Below, in pieces: positions 27,101 to 44,900 of a DNA stretch of 64,000 nucleotides. Numbering within the stretch: position 1 is the stretch's first letter; each line of letters opens with the position of its first letter. The position numbers and the translations under genes were made by a program. The notes under the pieces are model-generated. The model did not search any database and had not been told where the DNA came from. It was given only the letters and a program-made list of their open reading frames with translations. The stretch lies in the NCBI GenBank assembly GCA_964016885.1, contig OZ024744.1, positions 46,314,001-46,378,000 of the forward strand, written 5' to 3'. Source of the DNA: Eledone cirrhosa (Eukaryota).

Positions 27101-28812
27101 AACTTAGAAGATATTAATATAGAGGGATATAATATAGTGTCTAAACTAGGACTTCAGAGGCATACACAATCATACACCCCAAACCCCCCTAGATTCTCTC
27201 TGAAGGATCACAAGGAGGACTTCATTAGCAACCCCTCGATAAGACTTATCTGCCCTTCCAAGTCCGACATTGGTATTATCAGCAAGAAAATTTTAGATAA
27301 AATCATCCCACAAATTAAACACAAGATACACCTTAAACAATGGGGAAATACTGGTGAAGTTATTGAATGGTTCAAAGATATCAAGAATAATAAGGACAAA
27401 AAATTTATTCAATTTGATATCAATTCATACTACACCTCTATTTCCCCTATCCTATTAAATAAGGCACTAATCATGGCCATGAACAATAGCGACCTGACTA
27501 GAGCCCAGATTGATGTAATCCTTGCGGCCCGTAAAACCATAATCACCTTCGAGGACCAACTATGGACACGCAAGGATACGCACAACAACTTCGACATAAC
27601 CATGGGATCTAGTGACTCGGCGCAGCTCACTGATTTGGTCGGCCTATACCATCTTAATGAAATCCATAAGGACCTCCCTTACCTCAACGGTGGTTTGTAC
27701 CGCGATGATGCACTTCTACTTATAGAATATAAAAAAATTAATATAGAAAGAACTAGAAAACTATTGCACAAGACATTCACAAATTTTAACCTTAGTATCA
27801 CCATGGACAAAAACATTAAAAATGTTAACTTCCTAGACGCCACACTATACCTAGACTCAAAAATATATACACCTTTCCATAAGCCTAAAGAAAAACTCAT
27901 TTACGTAGATACCAAGTCTAATCACCCTAGATCAATATTAAACTCTATCTCTAAGGGGGTATCCAATAGAATCTCTAATCTATCCTATGACGCAAACATA
28001 TTTAGCAAAAACTCACAATATTATAATCAAGCATTAGCTAGATCCGGCCATAATATAGAAATTGAGTTCCTACCTAAGAAAACGCATAGCTACAACATAA
28101 TCTCGCACAACATGTCCATGAGGAAACCTAATAATAGGAATAGCAACCACAAGTACACCAAAGCGGAGGGTGCCACCGGAAGTAACCATTACCGCGGAAA
28201 CTACCGTAGTACCTTAGGAAGAAACAACACACCAAACACTAAAAACAAAAAAAGAAGAAATAATACATTTTTCAACCCTCCTTTCAACCTAAATGTCTCC
28301 ACCAACATACCTAGGGCTTTCTTCTCACTACTAGATAAAACTTCCCTCTAGGACACAAGTACCACAACCTTTTAAACAAAAACACTATTAAAATCTCATA
28401 ATCTACGACGCCTAACTTAGCATACCACATAGCTAGCAGCAATAAAAGTAAAATTAATTCTTACTTCCAAAAAACGAAATCACAACAGGAGGTAAACCTT
28501 CTAAATACCTCTGCAGCAAGCAACCATAGTAACGGCAGTAACAATAGAAATAACACTAGTATAAGAAATAACACCGGGGTCGACAACCCGAATGTCCAAA
28601 ATCCTATAGCTGTACTGCCACTCTAAATGCTGTAATGAATGTTGACCCACAATATTTGCATATGTATCTGTATGTCTCTCGGGTGAAAAGGAGGTCATAT
28701 AAGTGTTCGTTCAATAATAAATTGGTCCGAAGAATCCAAACCTCGGTTTGGAGGAAACAGTTGTAAGCATAAAAATGTTTTGAACAGTTCTTTGATTCTT
28801 ATAATTCATATA
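24168..28812 (+). mobile_element. PLE family C (Hydra-clade-like): inverted 3'-UTR arm plus sense copy with EN deleted
   Basis: 24168-25020 is inverted relative to 25235-26097. The ORF from 26639 jumps at about 28610 directly to the terminal pLTR segment. Confidence 0.88.
26639..28610 (+). pseudogene. PLE family C RT, disrupted
   Basis: RLICPSKSDIG, QFDINSYYTSI, FDITMGSSDSAQ, GLYRDDAL. Stop at 27086-27088 and frameshift at about 28340. Confidence 0.88.
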
Positions 28813-28831
28813 TATTTATATATATATATAT

Positions 28832-30080
<1,249 letters not shown>

Positions 30081-30581
30081 TTGAGGTTGGTAATGGCACA
30101 TGGAATATATAAGAGACAGAATACTTTTTTGTGAAAAAACATACAATTTCATAAGGTAAGGAAATAATAAAGGGTATAAAAAATGACCGGTTTCGATGGG
30201 TCTGCAAAAGCCATCTTTTCAAATGTTGATTAATATTAAGAAACATTAATAATAAGAAGAGTTAAAATTTGAGACTTGAAAATTCAAGTATAAAATGCAT
30301 TGTGGGATTTCATAGTAGTCTTCATCTTGGTAGCCGCAAGTTGACTGCTGTGTGCCTTTCTGGTAGTGAATGAGAAGTTATTTGGGGGTGTGGGTTATTT
30401 TATAAAGGTCAGATTTAGCAATGGCCAGATGGCCAGCTGCTGGTCAGTGAGGGGTAGAAGCAATATACATACATATAGCTCCCTGTGGTCGGTAGGAGAG
30501 GAGGAGATTGATAGAAAGGGATTTAGTGCACTTACACCTATATACACACATACCTTCATCCACACATACATACATATACAT

Positions 30582-30670
<89 letters not shown>

Positions 30671-30721
30671 CACACATACATACACAATACTCTTATTTGG
30701 GGACTCTTTCCACACACACAC

Positions 30722-31816
30722 CTCAAAGCCAATTGGAAAAGATATCTAGACGACTGCTTTATCCTATGGCAAGAAGACATGAACTCACTTACTATGTTTA
30801 AAAACATGATAAACAACATAGATAATAACATACAATTCACAATGGAATCCAATCCCAAGGAATTAGCCTTCTTGGATATTCTCATCTCTGTAATAGACGG
30901 GAAATTAGATACAGATATATTCTATAAACCCACAGATTTCAAGCAATATTTCTTTTTCACATCAAGTCACCCAAAACATACAAAACTTAACATTCCTTAC
31001 AATTTGGCCAAACGTATATGTAACATAGTATCAGATCCACCTAAACGGGAGCAAAGACTAAAGGAACTAAAAGACACCCTTATCTTAAGAGCCTTTCCAC
31101 TTGAAATAATCAACAATGGAATAGACAGGGCAAAACACCTAAATCCCCATCAACTTAACAATCCAAAACAGAAAACCACACTCAACACCCTGCCATATGT
31201 ATCCACTTTCAACCCCAGAAATACCGAAATGTTTGATCACCTACACAAAAACCTCCCTATCCTACTTAAATATGTAAAAATGAAGTCTATTCTTGAAACA
31301 CACAAGATCCTTAAAAGTAAAAGACAACCCAAATCACTAAAACGCATTCTCACTGGACCAAATATACCCAAACCAATCCTCAACCCTACAGTTACCAAAT
31401 GTGGTAGAACAAACTGTGGAACGTGCCTCTACCTCACTGAAGGACAAAAATTTATATTTAAAGATGGCCAAACATTTACAGTAAAAAGCAATTTCACCTG
31501 CAACTCGGAGAACTTGATTTACGCAATAACTTGCGGTGGGTGCAAACACAACTACATAGGACAGACGGGCACCTCATTACGCAAAAGAATGACCATCCAC
31601 CGCCAACAAATCCGGGACGCTAATACAAGAAAAATCCCCTTGAGCAGCCATATTGCGAACTGCGCAGGAATGACACTACCCAACTTTAAAATCTTCCCCT
31701 TCTGCAAGTGCTCAGATTCGTTCACACAGCAACAAAGAATAAACAAAGAAAATCTATTCCGTAACAAATTTAAACCAAAACTAAATGGGTTATCACCCCC
31801 AATAGAATTGTCATAA
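30722..31816 (+). CDS. Neptune-type RT C-half + Cys linker + GIY-YIG
   Basis: WKRYLDDCFILW in frame upstream of the listed ORF; CGRTNCGTC; NLIYAITCGGCKHNYIGQTG..RMTIHRQ. Confidence 0.88.
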   Translation, partial: LKANWKRYLDDCFILWQEDMNSLTMFKNMINNIDNNIQFTMESNPKELAFLDILISVIDGKLDTDIFYKPTDFKQYFFFTSSHPKHTKLNIPYNLAKRICNIVSDPPKREQRLKELKDTLILRAFPLEIINNGIDRAKHLNPHQLNNPKQKTTLNTLPYVSTFNPRNTEMFDHLHKNLPILLKYVKMKSILETHKILKSKRQPKSLKRILTGPNIPKPILNPTVTKCGRTNCGTCLYLTEGQKFIFKDGQTFTVKSNFTCNSENLIYAITCGGCKHNYIGQTGTSLRKRMTIHRQQIRDANTRKIPLSSHIANCAGMTLPNFKIFPFCKCSDSFTQQQRINKENLFRNKFKPKLNGLSPPIELS

Positions 31817-32229
31817 AATATAAACACACATACGAATGGGGTGACAGATATATGTGTTTGTATGTGTGCATGTATATAATTATCACTACTATTAAAGACC
31901 AGAGACCAATTCTGTAGAATCAGGTTTATTCGTTGACAGACCATGCCTTTGTGTGACCAACACATCCATGTTAAACCCTGCACGTGCACACACATATATC
32001 TATATATATATGCGCACACAGAATTCACCACTGTCGGTTGCGGGGCCCAATCTACATGAAGAACTCAATGTGATCAGAATGACTTATATTTTAATTTCAC
32101 TGTCCTAACTTCTTATATTATGGAAAAAATATATGTGTATGTATGTATATATATATATTTGGAGGCCATTTCTATGTCTGTGGGTGTATGTATGTGAATA
32201 TGTGTGTGTGTGCATGTGGATGTATATAT

Positions 32230-32291
<62 letters not shown>

Positions 32292-32307
32292 GATGTATGC
32301 GTATGTG

Positions 32308-32338
<31 letters not shown>

Positions 32339-32522
32339 ATATATATGTGTGTGTGTATGTGTATATATGTGTGTGTGTGTGTGTGTTTGTATGTGTGTAT
32401 TTATATATATGTGTGTGTGTGTGTGTGTATGTATGTGTGGGTGTGTGTATATATGTGTGTATGTATATGTGTGTATATATGTGTATGTACATATATATAT
32501 ATGTGTGTGTGTATGTGTGTAT

Positions 32523-32650
<128 letters not shown>

Positions 32651-33011
32651 ATGTATATGTATATGTATGTATGTGTGGATGAAGGTGTGTGTATATATAG
32701 GTGTAAGTGCACTAAATCCCTTTCTATCAATCTCCCCTCTCCTACCGACCACAGGGAGCTATATGTATCTATATTGCTTCCACCCCTTCACTGACCAGCA
32801 GCTGGCCATCTGGCCATTGCTAAATCTGACCTTTATAAAATAACCCACACCCCCAAATAACTTCTCATTCACTACCAGAAAGGCACACAGCAGTCAACTT
32901 GCGGCTACCAAGATGAAAACTACTATGAAATCCCACAATGAATTTTATACTTGAATTTTCAAGTCTCAAATTTTAACTCTTCTTATTATTAATGTTTCTT
33001 AATATTAATCA

Positions 33012-33058
33012 ACATTTGAAAAGATGGCTTTTGCAGACCCACCGAAACCGGTCATTTT
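33012..33058 (+). ncRNA. Hammerhead with U3-A8 variant core, family D
   Basis: TTGAAAA-gatgg/ccatc-GAAA-CCGG-TC; the inverted copy at about 30183-30228 has a perfect stem II. Confidence 0.65.
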
Positions 33059-33226
33059 TTATACCCTTTATTATTTCCTTACCTTATAAAATTATATGTT
33101 TTTTCACAAAAAAGTATTCTGTCTCTTATATATTCCATGTGCCATGACCAACCTCAATTTTCTCTATAACCTTCGTTTTGTGTAGTAAATTACACTTTTC
33201 ATATATATATATATAAATATATAAAC

Positions 33227-33315
<89 letters not shown>

Positions 33316-33929
33316 TTTTGAGTATATGTTGGTAGTATACCAACACCTCAGTATGCAGGCTGAAGCACTCGACGATGTGCGCAGGTTGGTTTGGTTACTC
33401 CGGAGTAATGTAAAATAAAGTTAAATAAAAAGTCAAATGTTTAAAATTTAGCTTCGTTTATTACTGCTATATATATTTCAGTGACAGCCATCTTTGGCTG
33501 TCACCTCTTCAGGCAATCCGAATTAGTGTGGTATAGACAAGTACATATGTTGTTGAGGTGTATAATTTTGTCAATACTCTGATATGTCCATTCCTCATTC
33601 TAAGTGTTGTTATTGTTGGAGTTAGCTTAAAAAATTTATAAAGTGGTAGAAGGAACAAGGTGGTAAAGGAACAACATAACAAAAAAGTGTCAAACTTCCC
33701 ATTGGTCAGCTTTGAGAGCAGTCCTCAGTCAGAAGTCTATAGAATTATTTCTGGGGTGAGGCTCCCTGTAGTGTTGTGTTTGCTATTGTTAAAAACATTT
33801 GACCACTACCTTATTTCGGTAGTGTTGTTGGTGTTGTGGTCAGCTTATGTCTTGCTGCTGCTGAAATATATATAGCAGTAATAAACGAAGCTAAATTTTA
33901 AACATTTGACTTTTCATTTAACTTTATTT

Positions 33930-33930
<1 letters not shown>
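33316..33930. mobile_element. pLTR fold-back (family H)
   Basis: Arms 33410-33481 / 33860-33930, with a tail on the left only. Confidence 0.7.
33463..33517 (-). ncRNA. Hammerhead ribozyme, family H
   Basis: tgc-CTGAAGA-ggtgacagcca/tggctgtcact-GAAA-tatata-ta-gca. Confidence 0.8.
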
Positions 33931-33961
<31 letters not shown>

Positions 33962-33964
33962 AAT

Positions 33965-34089
<125 letters not shown>

Positions 34090-34110
34090 AATAAATATAT
34101 ATATACATAT

Positions 34111-34189
<79 letters not shown>

Positions 34190-34226
34190 TATATATATAT
34201 ACATAAATATATGTATATAAATATAT

Positions 34227-34285
<59 letters not shown>

Positions 34286-34288
<3 letters not shown>

Positions 34289-35106
34289 CGTTTCTGAATT
34301 TGTTTAGCAAGATTCTTTATCTGAAATCGTGTGTTGAAACCGATATTGTTATACTTTGGGAGGGTCATGTTGCCAATAAGAAACACACGCACCAGATGTT
34401 TCACTTCAATTTATTATCATAAATTCATAATAAATTTACAAATTTATAAATTTCTGGTTGGTTGGTTGGTTCCACAACCAGATAGTTATTATATATTGTC
34501 ATAGTTCTTTCGTCACACACTCTGTGACCTCTTCAGTGACTGGGGATTCCTTTCTTTGTTTCTGTGCCTCTTCTTTGTTCTGTCCTACGCCATTTTGTTT
34601 CTGTGTGTGTGTTGTGTGCTCAGTCTGCGCATGCGAACCATCCGGGTGTCTGTGTGTGTTTATGTTCATTTATTTATTTGTTTATTTACATGTTACTGGT
34701 TGGTTGTTTGTTCTATGTGTGTGTGTGTTTTCATTTTGTCCTTAATTGTAAGTTGTGATTACAATTAAGGACAAAATGAAAACACAGACAGACACACAGA
34801 CACCCGGATGTTGCGCATGCGCAGACTGAGCGCACAACACACACACAGAAACAAAATGGCGTAGGACAGAACAAAGGAGAGGCACAGAAACAAAGAAAGG
34901 AATCCCCAGTCACTGAAGAGGTCACAGAGTGTGTGACGAAAGAACTATGACAATATATAAACAACTATCTGGTTGTGGAACCAACCAACGAACCAGAAAT
35001 TTATAAATTTATAAATTTATTATAAATTTATTATAATAAATTGAAGTGAAAGCAACTGGTGCGTGTGTTTCTTATTGGCAACATGACCCTCCCAAAGTAT
35101 AACAAT
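34286..35106. mobile_element. Family B pLTR-only fold-back
   Basis: Inverted pLTR arms meeting near 34758; the left arm carries the ~57-nt tail. Confidence 0.9.
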
Positions 35107-35114
35107 ATAAATAT

Positions 35115-35145
<31 letters not shown>

Positions 35146-35161
35146 AATATATATATATATA

Positions 35162-35233
<72 letters not shown>

Positions 35234-35252
35234 AATATATATATATAAATAG

Positions 35253-35309
<57 letters not shown>

Positions 35310-35316
35310 AATACAT

Positions 35317-35351
<35 letters not shown>

Positions 35352-35355
35352 AATA

Positions 35356-35430
<75 letters not shown>

Positions 35431-35432
35431 AT

Positions 35433-35900
35433 ATGTAGGAGGTGAGTTTTATTGTAGTACAATAAAGCAATGCAGATATCGGATAAGAAGCACTCTACAG
35501 TTTGTAGAACTGGAGTATACATAATATATAAGAACAAAAGATGGTTAAAAGAGTTCCATGTATTTTATTATGCGCATTTCAAAAACAAATATCATCATGC
35601 AATAATATTTGTGTTTTCATCAGATAAAAGAGGAAGTCATTATATGAAGGTTAAAAAACACTTGTGGATAGTGCAGTTTTAAATCAACATATGAGAATTA
35701 GTTTTAGATTGATCAATCTAAAACTACTTCTCATATGTTGATTTAAAACTGCACTATCCACAAGTGTTTTTTAACCTTCATATCATGTCTTCCTGTTTTA
35801 TCTGATGAAAACACAAATATTATTGCATGATGATATTTGTTTTTGAAATGCGCATAATAAAATACATGGAACTCTTTTAACCATCTTTTGTTCTTATATT
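35433..35900. mobile_element. Family G pLTR-only fold-back
   Basis: Palindromic centre ...agattgatcaatct... near 35712; ~90-nt tail on the left arm. Confidence 0.85.
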
Positions 35901-35901
35901 A

Positions 35902-35932
<31 letters not shown>

Positions 35933-35957
35933 TTATATATATATATATATATATATA

Positions 35958-36022
<65 letters not shown>

Positions 36023-36096
36023 GTATTTATTTATAAATATATATATATATATAAATATATGTATATATATATAAATACATATATATATATATAAAT

Positions 36097-36134
<38 letters not shown>

Positions 36135-36136
<2 letters not shown>

Positions 36137-36593
36137 TGTTATACTTTGGGAGGGTCATGTTGCCAATAAGAAACACACGCACCAGTCGCTTTCATTTCAA
36201 TTTATTATATATTTACAAATTTACAAATTTATAAATTTCTGGTTGGTTGGTTGGTTCCACAACCAGATAGTTGTTTATATATAGTCATAGTCCTTTCGTC
36301 ACACACTCTGTGACCTCTTCGGTGACTGGGGATTCCTTTCTTTGTTTCTGTGCCTCACCTTTGTTCTGTCCTACGCCATTTTGTTTCTGTGTGTGTGTTG
36401 TGTGCTCAGTTTGCGCATGCGCCACATCCGGGTGTCTGTGTATATATAATAAATTGTAAATATATAATAAATTGAAGTGAAAGCAACTGGTGCGTGTGTT
36501 TTTATTGGCAACATCACCCTCCCAAAGTATAACAATATCGGTTTCAAAACACGATTTCAGATAAAGAATCTTGCTAAACAAATTCAGAAACGA

Positions 36594-36597
<4 letters not shown>
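36135..36597. mobile_element. Family B pLTR-only fold-back
   Basis: Left arm tail-less, right arm tailed. Confidence 0.88.
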
Positions 36598-36625
<28 letters not shown>

Positions 36626-36634
36626 AATATATTT

Positions 36635-38806
36635 ATTAAAATAAAAGATTAAAGTTTAAGCAAAGAATCGCTGCTTTCACCCTTAACGGGATCTTCTGAA
36701 ACGAACAAAGTCAATCTGTAAACGCAGAACTGGATATTTCAAAAAACGTTGCACCCGGAGGAAGACAGGAAGACGATACTTTGGTTCGTGGACACGTTCG
36801 CTGGCAAAGAACGGGAAAAAACGAATAATACGTCATTAATAGGAGCGGTGAAAAACAATTACGCGCAAAGACAGAACCACGTTTATGGTATAAAAGAGGT
36901 CGTAGACTAATGTTCTCTTAGGTGGTGCATAGAGACGTTCTCTGGCAATGAACGAAAAAACGAAGATAATAAGTCATATGTGGAGCGTGGAGAACAATAG
37001 CACGCACAGACAAGACCACGTAAATGGTATAGCAGAAGTCGTAGACTAAAATTCTAACTAGGAGACCGAATGAATCTCCGCTACAGAGTTAAGAACAAAG
37101 TAAATAAATACAATACAGAAGTAATAGAAATAAATAAATACATACACGCAAACAAATACGTACATACACAAGCATACGCAAAAACTTACCATAGGTAAAC
37201 AAAACCACGCACATATAAATATGTGTGTGTGTGTATGCGTGTATACAAATAAATAAATAATTATACAAACGTATATAAATAAATAAATACGTATATAACA
37301 AGCGCACACACATACCTACATGTAAATACACGAATGTTCGGAGACGTAAGTCAACCAAACCATGAAGTACACATATACACACGCCCTACATACGTACGAA
37401 CCTGCATACTCACACAGACAAAAGACCCGTATACACATAGCCGAACCATATGTACCAGAATATATAAAAAAATTATACGCCATAACAATCAAATATACGT
37501 ACGAGAAGGTATACATACCTTCACAAAACATACGGGTAATATATACTTACCTATGCAAATAAGTAAAGGTATAAACAAAACATATACTTAGCTCCCACAT
37601 CAAGACGTAAAATATCCACGTATAGATCGTACTCTCCGTTAGCGTATAACGTGGGGCTGTAATACAGGAAAGTTTTGGGCAATTTAAGTTTACAAGCCGA
37701 AATTGCATCAGATTTTTTGTTTAAGATGCGGTCTGTGGCGTAGAGTATTTCCAGGGCCTCAGCGGTGCAGAGATCACATGGTCTTTTATTTCCGTTATAC
37801 GTTCTAGCCCTATCTAGGATCTCCCAGTGTAACTTATATTGGGTGTGGTTGTCTTTTAGACTCCAGATATAAGCTGAAAGTGACGTCATATTCCTTCTTA
37901 GAGGGTAACGAAAAGAATGGGTATGCATGTAAAGACGCTGCTTGAAACTATTGGCGGTTAACTCTATGTAGGCCCTACGGGACGTGGGTGTTACAACCCT
38001 ACATTGTAGACAATGTTACTAGAGAGGCATTTCCCGGATGGGGGGCAATCAACCCGATTCCTACAATTACAGTTAGTACTAACTACAGGGTTGCACGTGT
38101 TCCTACGGCTAGATAGTTTAGCTAAATTTGAAGCTGTAATGTTATGTGCAAGTTTAGGAGTCGTAGAGTAAGAAATTTTAATAGTATTTCTATTAAAAAT
38201 GTTACCATATTTATGTGTAGGAGGAAAATGCTTCGTAATAAGGGAAAGAAAGATCTTAGCTAATGGTGTGGCCACCTCCATATTATATGGTGGGTTATAC
38301 CAACAAATGCGACGGGATCTATTTCTACTAGGTCTATTTTCGTACTCTGTATATGCTACCTTATCGACAAATCCACTTCGAGCAAGAGCTTCATTGTAAT
38401 AAGTGGAATGGTCGTTGAAAATACGCTCGTTGGTGGAAAGACGGGAAAGCCTCAAAGAAATGTTTCTTACCAGGTTCTTGGTTATGCTGGCAGGATGGTT
38501 GGAATGCTTACTTATGTAATTAAGCGTATCATTCGGCTTTCTATACGGGTAATACAACCCATTCAATAAGTTGAGGGTAACGTCGAGGTAATTAACAACC
38601 GAGAGATTGGCCTCAACCTGTATAGAGAGGTTGAAGCCTTTAAAGAAGGCTGTGAGTTCTTTTCTGAACCTGTCGCAAGCACGAGGTCCGCACTTAGTCA
38701 TGGTCAAAAGACCATCGTCACGGTACAAACCACCGCCTGCGTTGGGGAATTCGTCCTTGATAGAGAAAAGAAGGAAAAGGCTGATAAGATCAGTAACCTC
38801 CGCAGA
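36635..38806 (-). mobile_element. PLE family I (Hydra-clade-like), 5'-truncated
   Basis: GLYRDDGL, WYNPPY, CNCRNRVDCP (CxCx5C), TSLSAYIWSLK..LHWEI, CDLCTAE, ILNKKSD. Frameshift near 37960. Confidence 0.88.
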
Positions 38807-38866
38807 ATATAAATATATATATATATAAATATATATATAAATATATATATATGTATAAATATATAT

Positions 38867-38903
<37 letters not shown>

Positions 38904-38911
38904 AATATATT

Positions 38912-39778
38912 TAATACAGAGAAAGCTTTAAGCTATACTCTGACTGGCTTCCATCTCACTCAACAAACATTAGGATATACCTTAGTATAATCCCAATTTT
39001 ACGTTTGGGGTGCTAACTATATGTATTTCGCGGAAAGCCAGTTGTATTATTTTATATAAGACATAATTAAAATATATCTCCCTTTCCAAACAATTGTTTC
39101 ATTATAAGTTTTCTACAAGTTGGGAAAATGTGTCCACATCGATATTCCGTCAAACATCGATATGTAGTAGCCTGCATATATTCCGTCAAACATCGATATC
39201 AAAAAAACTCTCTTACCGATGTCCAATCCAATGTTAGCGATGGTCCCTCTCCGTATCAGAATGACCGCCAAATTTGAAATTCCAGCAGTCTCAGAATGAG
39301 AAATTTCACACTGTCATCAAGCGGAAAGGGTAGGTCATCGCGAAACATAAGAAAGTAAAATAATATACACGCGGGTCAATTAATTTTTTCAACAATTTTA
39401 ACCTTGCGTGTGAAGAACTCAATTAGATTTTTAAAAAAATTAAAATATGCATGTATTATTTATACATGCATATAGGTATTTTCTTAGGCTAAAAACAGAG
39501 ATGTGATACCAGAAAAACTATCAATATTTCATAGTAATAATAAATACGGAAAGTTACGCTTAAAAGGTATCTGGAAATATTCATCTCAGGCCAAATGAAG
39601 AGTATAATATTTAATACATTAACAGAGAAAGCTTTAAGTTATACTCTGACTGGCTTCCATCCCACTCAACAAACATTAGGATATACCTTAGTATAATCCC
39701 AATTTTATGTTTGGGGTGCTAACTATATGTATTTTGCGGAAAGCCAGTTGTATTATTTTTTATCAGACATAATTAATA
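38912..39778. repeat. ORF-less unit with ~155-bp direct terminal repeats (period ~706)
   Basis: 38916-39070 matches 39622-39776; (TA)n flanks. Confidence 0.8.
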
Positions 39779-39815
39779 TATAAATATATATAAATATATA
39801 AATATATATATATAA

Positions 39816-39845
<30 letters not shown>

Positions 39846-39848
<3 letters not shown>

Positions 39849-39935
39849 CGATATTCAACAAATGGAAACTATATTTATAAAATCATATCTAGTTCATTAT
39901 ACATATTTCAGGGATACCATATTAAAAATATGGCA
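39846..39935 (-). mobile_element. Family E pLTR-like fragment
   Basis: Matches about 47862-47937. Confidence 0.65.
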
Positions 39936-39953
39936 TATATATAAATATATATA

Positions 39954-41720
<1,767 letters not shown>

Positions 41721-41769
41721 TATATAAATTTCATATATAAATATATAAATATATATATATATAAATATT

Positions 41770-41871
<102 letters not shown>

Positions 41872-41964
41872 TATATATATAAATATATAATATATATAAA
41901 TATATATATATTTATAAATATATATATAAATATATATATATATATAAATATATATATATAAATA

Positions 41965-44900
41965 TATTGTTATACTTTGGGAGGGTCATGTTGCCAATAA
42001 GAAACACACGCACCAGTTGCTTTCACTTCAATTTATTATAATAAATATATAATAAATTTATAAATTTATAAATTTCTGATTGGTTGGTTGGTTCCACAAC
42101 CAGATAGTTGTTTATATATTGTCATAGTTCTTTCGTCACAAACTCTGTGACCTCTTCAGTGACTGGGGATTCCTTTCTTTGTTTTTCTGCCTCTCCTTTG
42201 TTCTGTCCGACGCCATTTTGTTTCTCTGTGTGTGTTGTGTGCTCAGTCTGCGCATGCGCCACATCCGGGTGTCTGTGTGTGTTTATGTTCATTTATTTAT
42301 TTGTTTATTTACATGTTACTGGTTGGTTGTTTGTTCTATGTGTGTGTGTGTTTTCATTTTGTCCTTAATTGTAAGTTGTGCTGTTGCTGTTCCACTCATA
42401 TTTTCTATTTAATTTTGGTTGTAATTTTTTTATGTTTATTGCCTCTGTGATTTGTCTAAACATTGCGTCTTTTCTGTGTGTAGATTCTATTTTTATTTCT
42501 ATGTTCTCTAATTTACCCCTGTGTTCTATTTTAGCATGTTGGTAGAGTACAGATGATTCTTTACTATCTTGAAGGTCTCGCCAGTGTTCATTTATCCGTT
42601 CCCCTACACTACGAGCTGTCTCACCTATGTACACTATATTTTTGTCTCTACATTGTCCTTCAGTACATCTTATGCTATACACTACATTTCTAGTTTTACA
42701 GTTAATATGGGGGCTTATTTTACAGGTTATACATTTCTTATCTATACATGACGGTCTTTGAAACGGGTATGTCTTGCTAATAAGTGTTTTTCCGGAGGTA
42801 CCAGGTCTTTCTACTATCTTAATATTGAGTTTATGTTTATCTAGGGCCCTTCTGAATTTGTAAGCTAATTCACCTCTAGGGGTTGTATCGATGAACATTA
42901 CACTCTGGTATTTATTGCTATCATACCATGAGTTTATTCTATTAGCCTTGTTCCTAGTTCTTTCTATTCTATTCCAAAATTTGCTCCTATACAAGGGGCA
43001 GGTCCCATTTATGTCATTGTTTACCATTTTTCCCAATTGGTTCTGGCTCCTCTATACACTCTGATTTTATCTCTCTGATTATAGCCAGAGAACTGCATAC
43101 GGTGGATGAAGTGTTGTATGTGTCTCTCTAGTTCTTCGGGGTTGCACATGCGGGACACGTTTCTCATCACCCGTACCAAATCCGCAATCAGTATGTTGAT
43201 TTTGGTATGGTCCGAAACGGCCAAGATTCGGTGGATCAGATGTTTGGAAGTCATGGGTTTGGCATAATGGGAATGGAGGATTTGTTTTTTGTTATTAATG
43301 GTATCTAACCAGAGCTCTGTGTCTAGTACAGGTAATCGATGGTTGGGGTGTTTACTTGGGTAGTCTATATTAAGTCTAATACTCTGGTGGATGGAGTCAG
43401 CTACTTGCTGGATGCTTTCCATTGTGTTTTTCTCTAGTTCCTGATTGTTCTCTAGTGGTGGTGTCTTAACTACGATGTTTATATCATCAACGTAGCGGGA
43501 GTACATTATCAGAGTTAAGGGGTCTTCTAATTGTTCTTTAAGTTTAAGTTTAAGTCTACTGTCCCACCATACCATGAATAAGTTAGCTATGTCGCCTGCA
43601 ATGCTAACACCAATGGCTGCTCCTTCTTCTTGGGCATATGTTCTTCCATTAAATTTGAACATATGTTCCTTAAGGGTTAGTTTTATGCTGGCCCCTACCG
43701 CATGTGCAATCATTTTCTTCAGTTCATCGTGGTTTTCGGGTGTCCGTATGGCTCTGGTCCACCCGTTCCATCTATCTGTGTGGGTTTTCTTGGCCATTGA
43801 GGTAATGGTAGGTGGTCTGCCTCTTGCTGGTCTTGTAGGGAACAGGTTGCTAAGGTCATATGTGTCTAGGTAATTATTACTATAGGTAAGTTTAAGTAGG
43901 AGTCCCAGCTCACTGGTATCAATCCCACGGAACACAACATTGCTCTCACTGATCATTTCTACGCATTTCTCTACAGCAAAATCCACATCAATAGATGGAT
44001 ACAGGGACACAACATCCATACTACCTATTATGCAGTTTGTTAGGTCCCTAGATCGGTTACTCTCGCCGATTCTGCTGAGGATGTCCTCCGTGCTGTCACA
44101 TACATCTGGGGACATTTCAATGATGGGGCGTATGATCAGGGAGAGGAAGTAGGACAGTCTGTAGTTACTAGCAATGTTAGCTCCACAGACTGGCCGTGTT
44201 GGTGGTCCCGCGACAGGGTCACTGCCCGTTTTATGGTCTTTTCGAAGCCCATACAACGCCGGCACGTCATTGTTCCAGGCCTGGAAGTTGTTGGCAGTCC
44301 TTTTGTTGGGCTGCATTATATTCGTCCACATCACCATATGGGTATTGAGTGCTTTTTCTCTATCCTCATGCTCCTGTGGTGTTACCTCTCTTGTGTTAGT
44401 GATGTGGGGTTGCATTGACAGGATGTAGTTTGGCAGGCTGTCAACCGACATATTCTGCCAGACTTGTCTGTTTGAAAGCATGCTATCTCTCCATTACGAG
44501 AGCGCTGCATGAGCATACGCAAGCCATTTGCAAATTTTTCTCCCAGTTGATGGGCCACCATTCTATTATGTTTCTTGCTATACTGTTCTATAATATTTCT
44601 AAGTTCGGATCTAGCTATACTAAATTGTGCTTCTGTTTGTTCATCGACCTGCGACGGCAATTGCGTGCGTTTGTTAAATGGTAAAGTCGTGGCGTGGACT
44701 CGTCGCAGGTCGAACGATTTATCGGAGGGATTATAAAAAGTAGAGTTCCAGGCTGCTGCTTTATGTGTACTAGTGCTATTGTTATTGTTAGTTGTGTTGT
44801 TTCTATTTCTATTTCCACCAACAGCCTCATGGTTGTTTCTATGTCTCTCATAATTACTCCTGTCTCTTTCCACTGGCTCATTGTTGTTATCTACCCTATT

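Noticed and set aside
34286-36597. Fold-backs as MITEs or DNA transposons
   Set aside because: The arms are asymmetric and match PLE pLTRs with hammerheads rather than TIRs.
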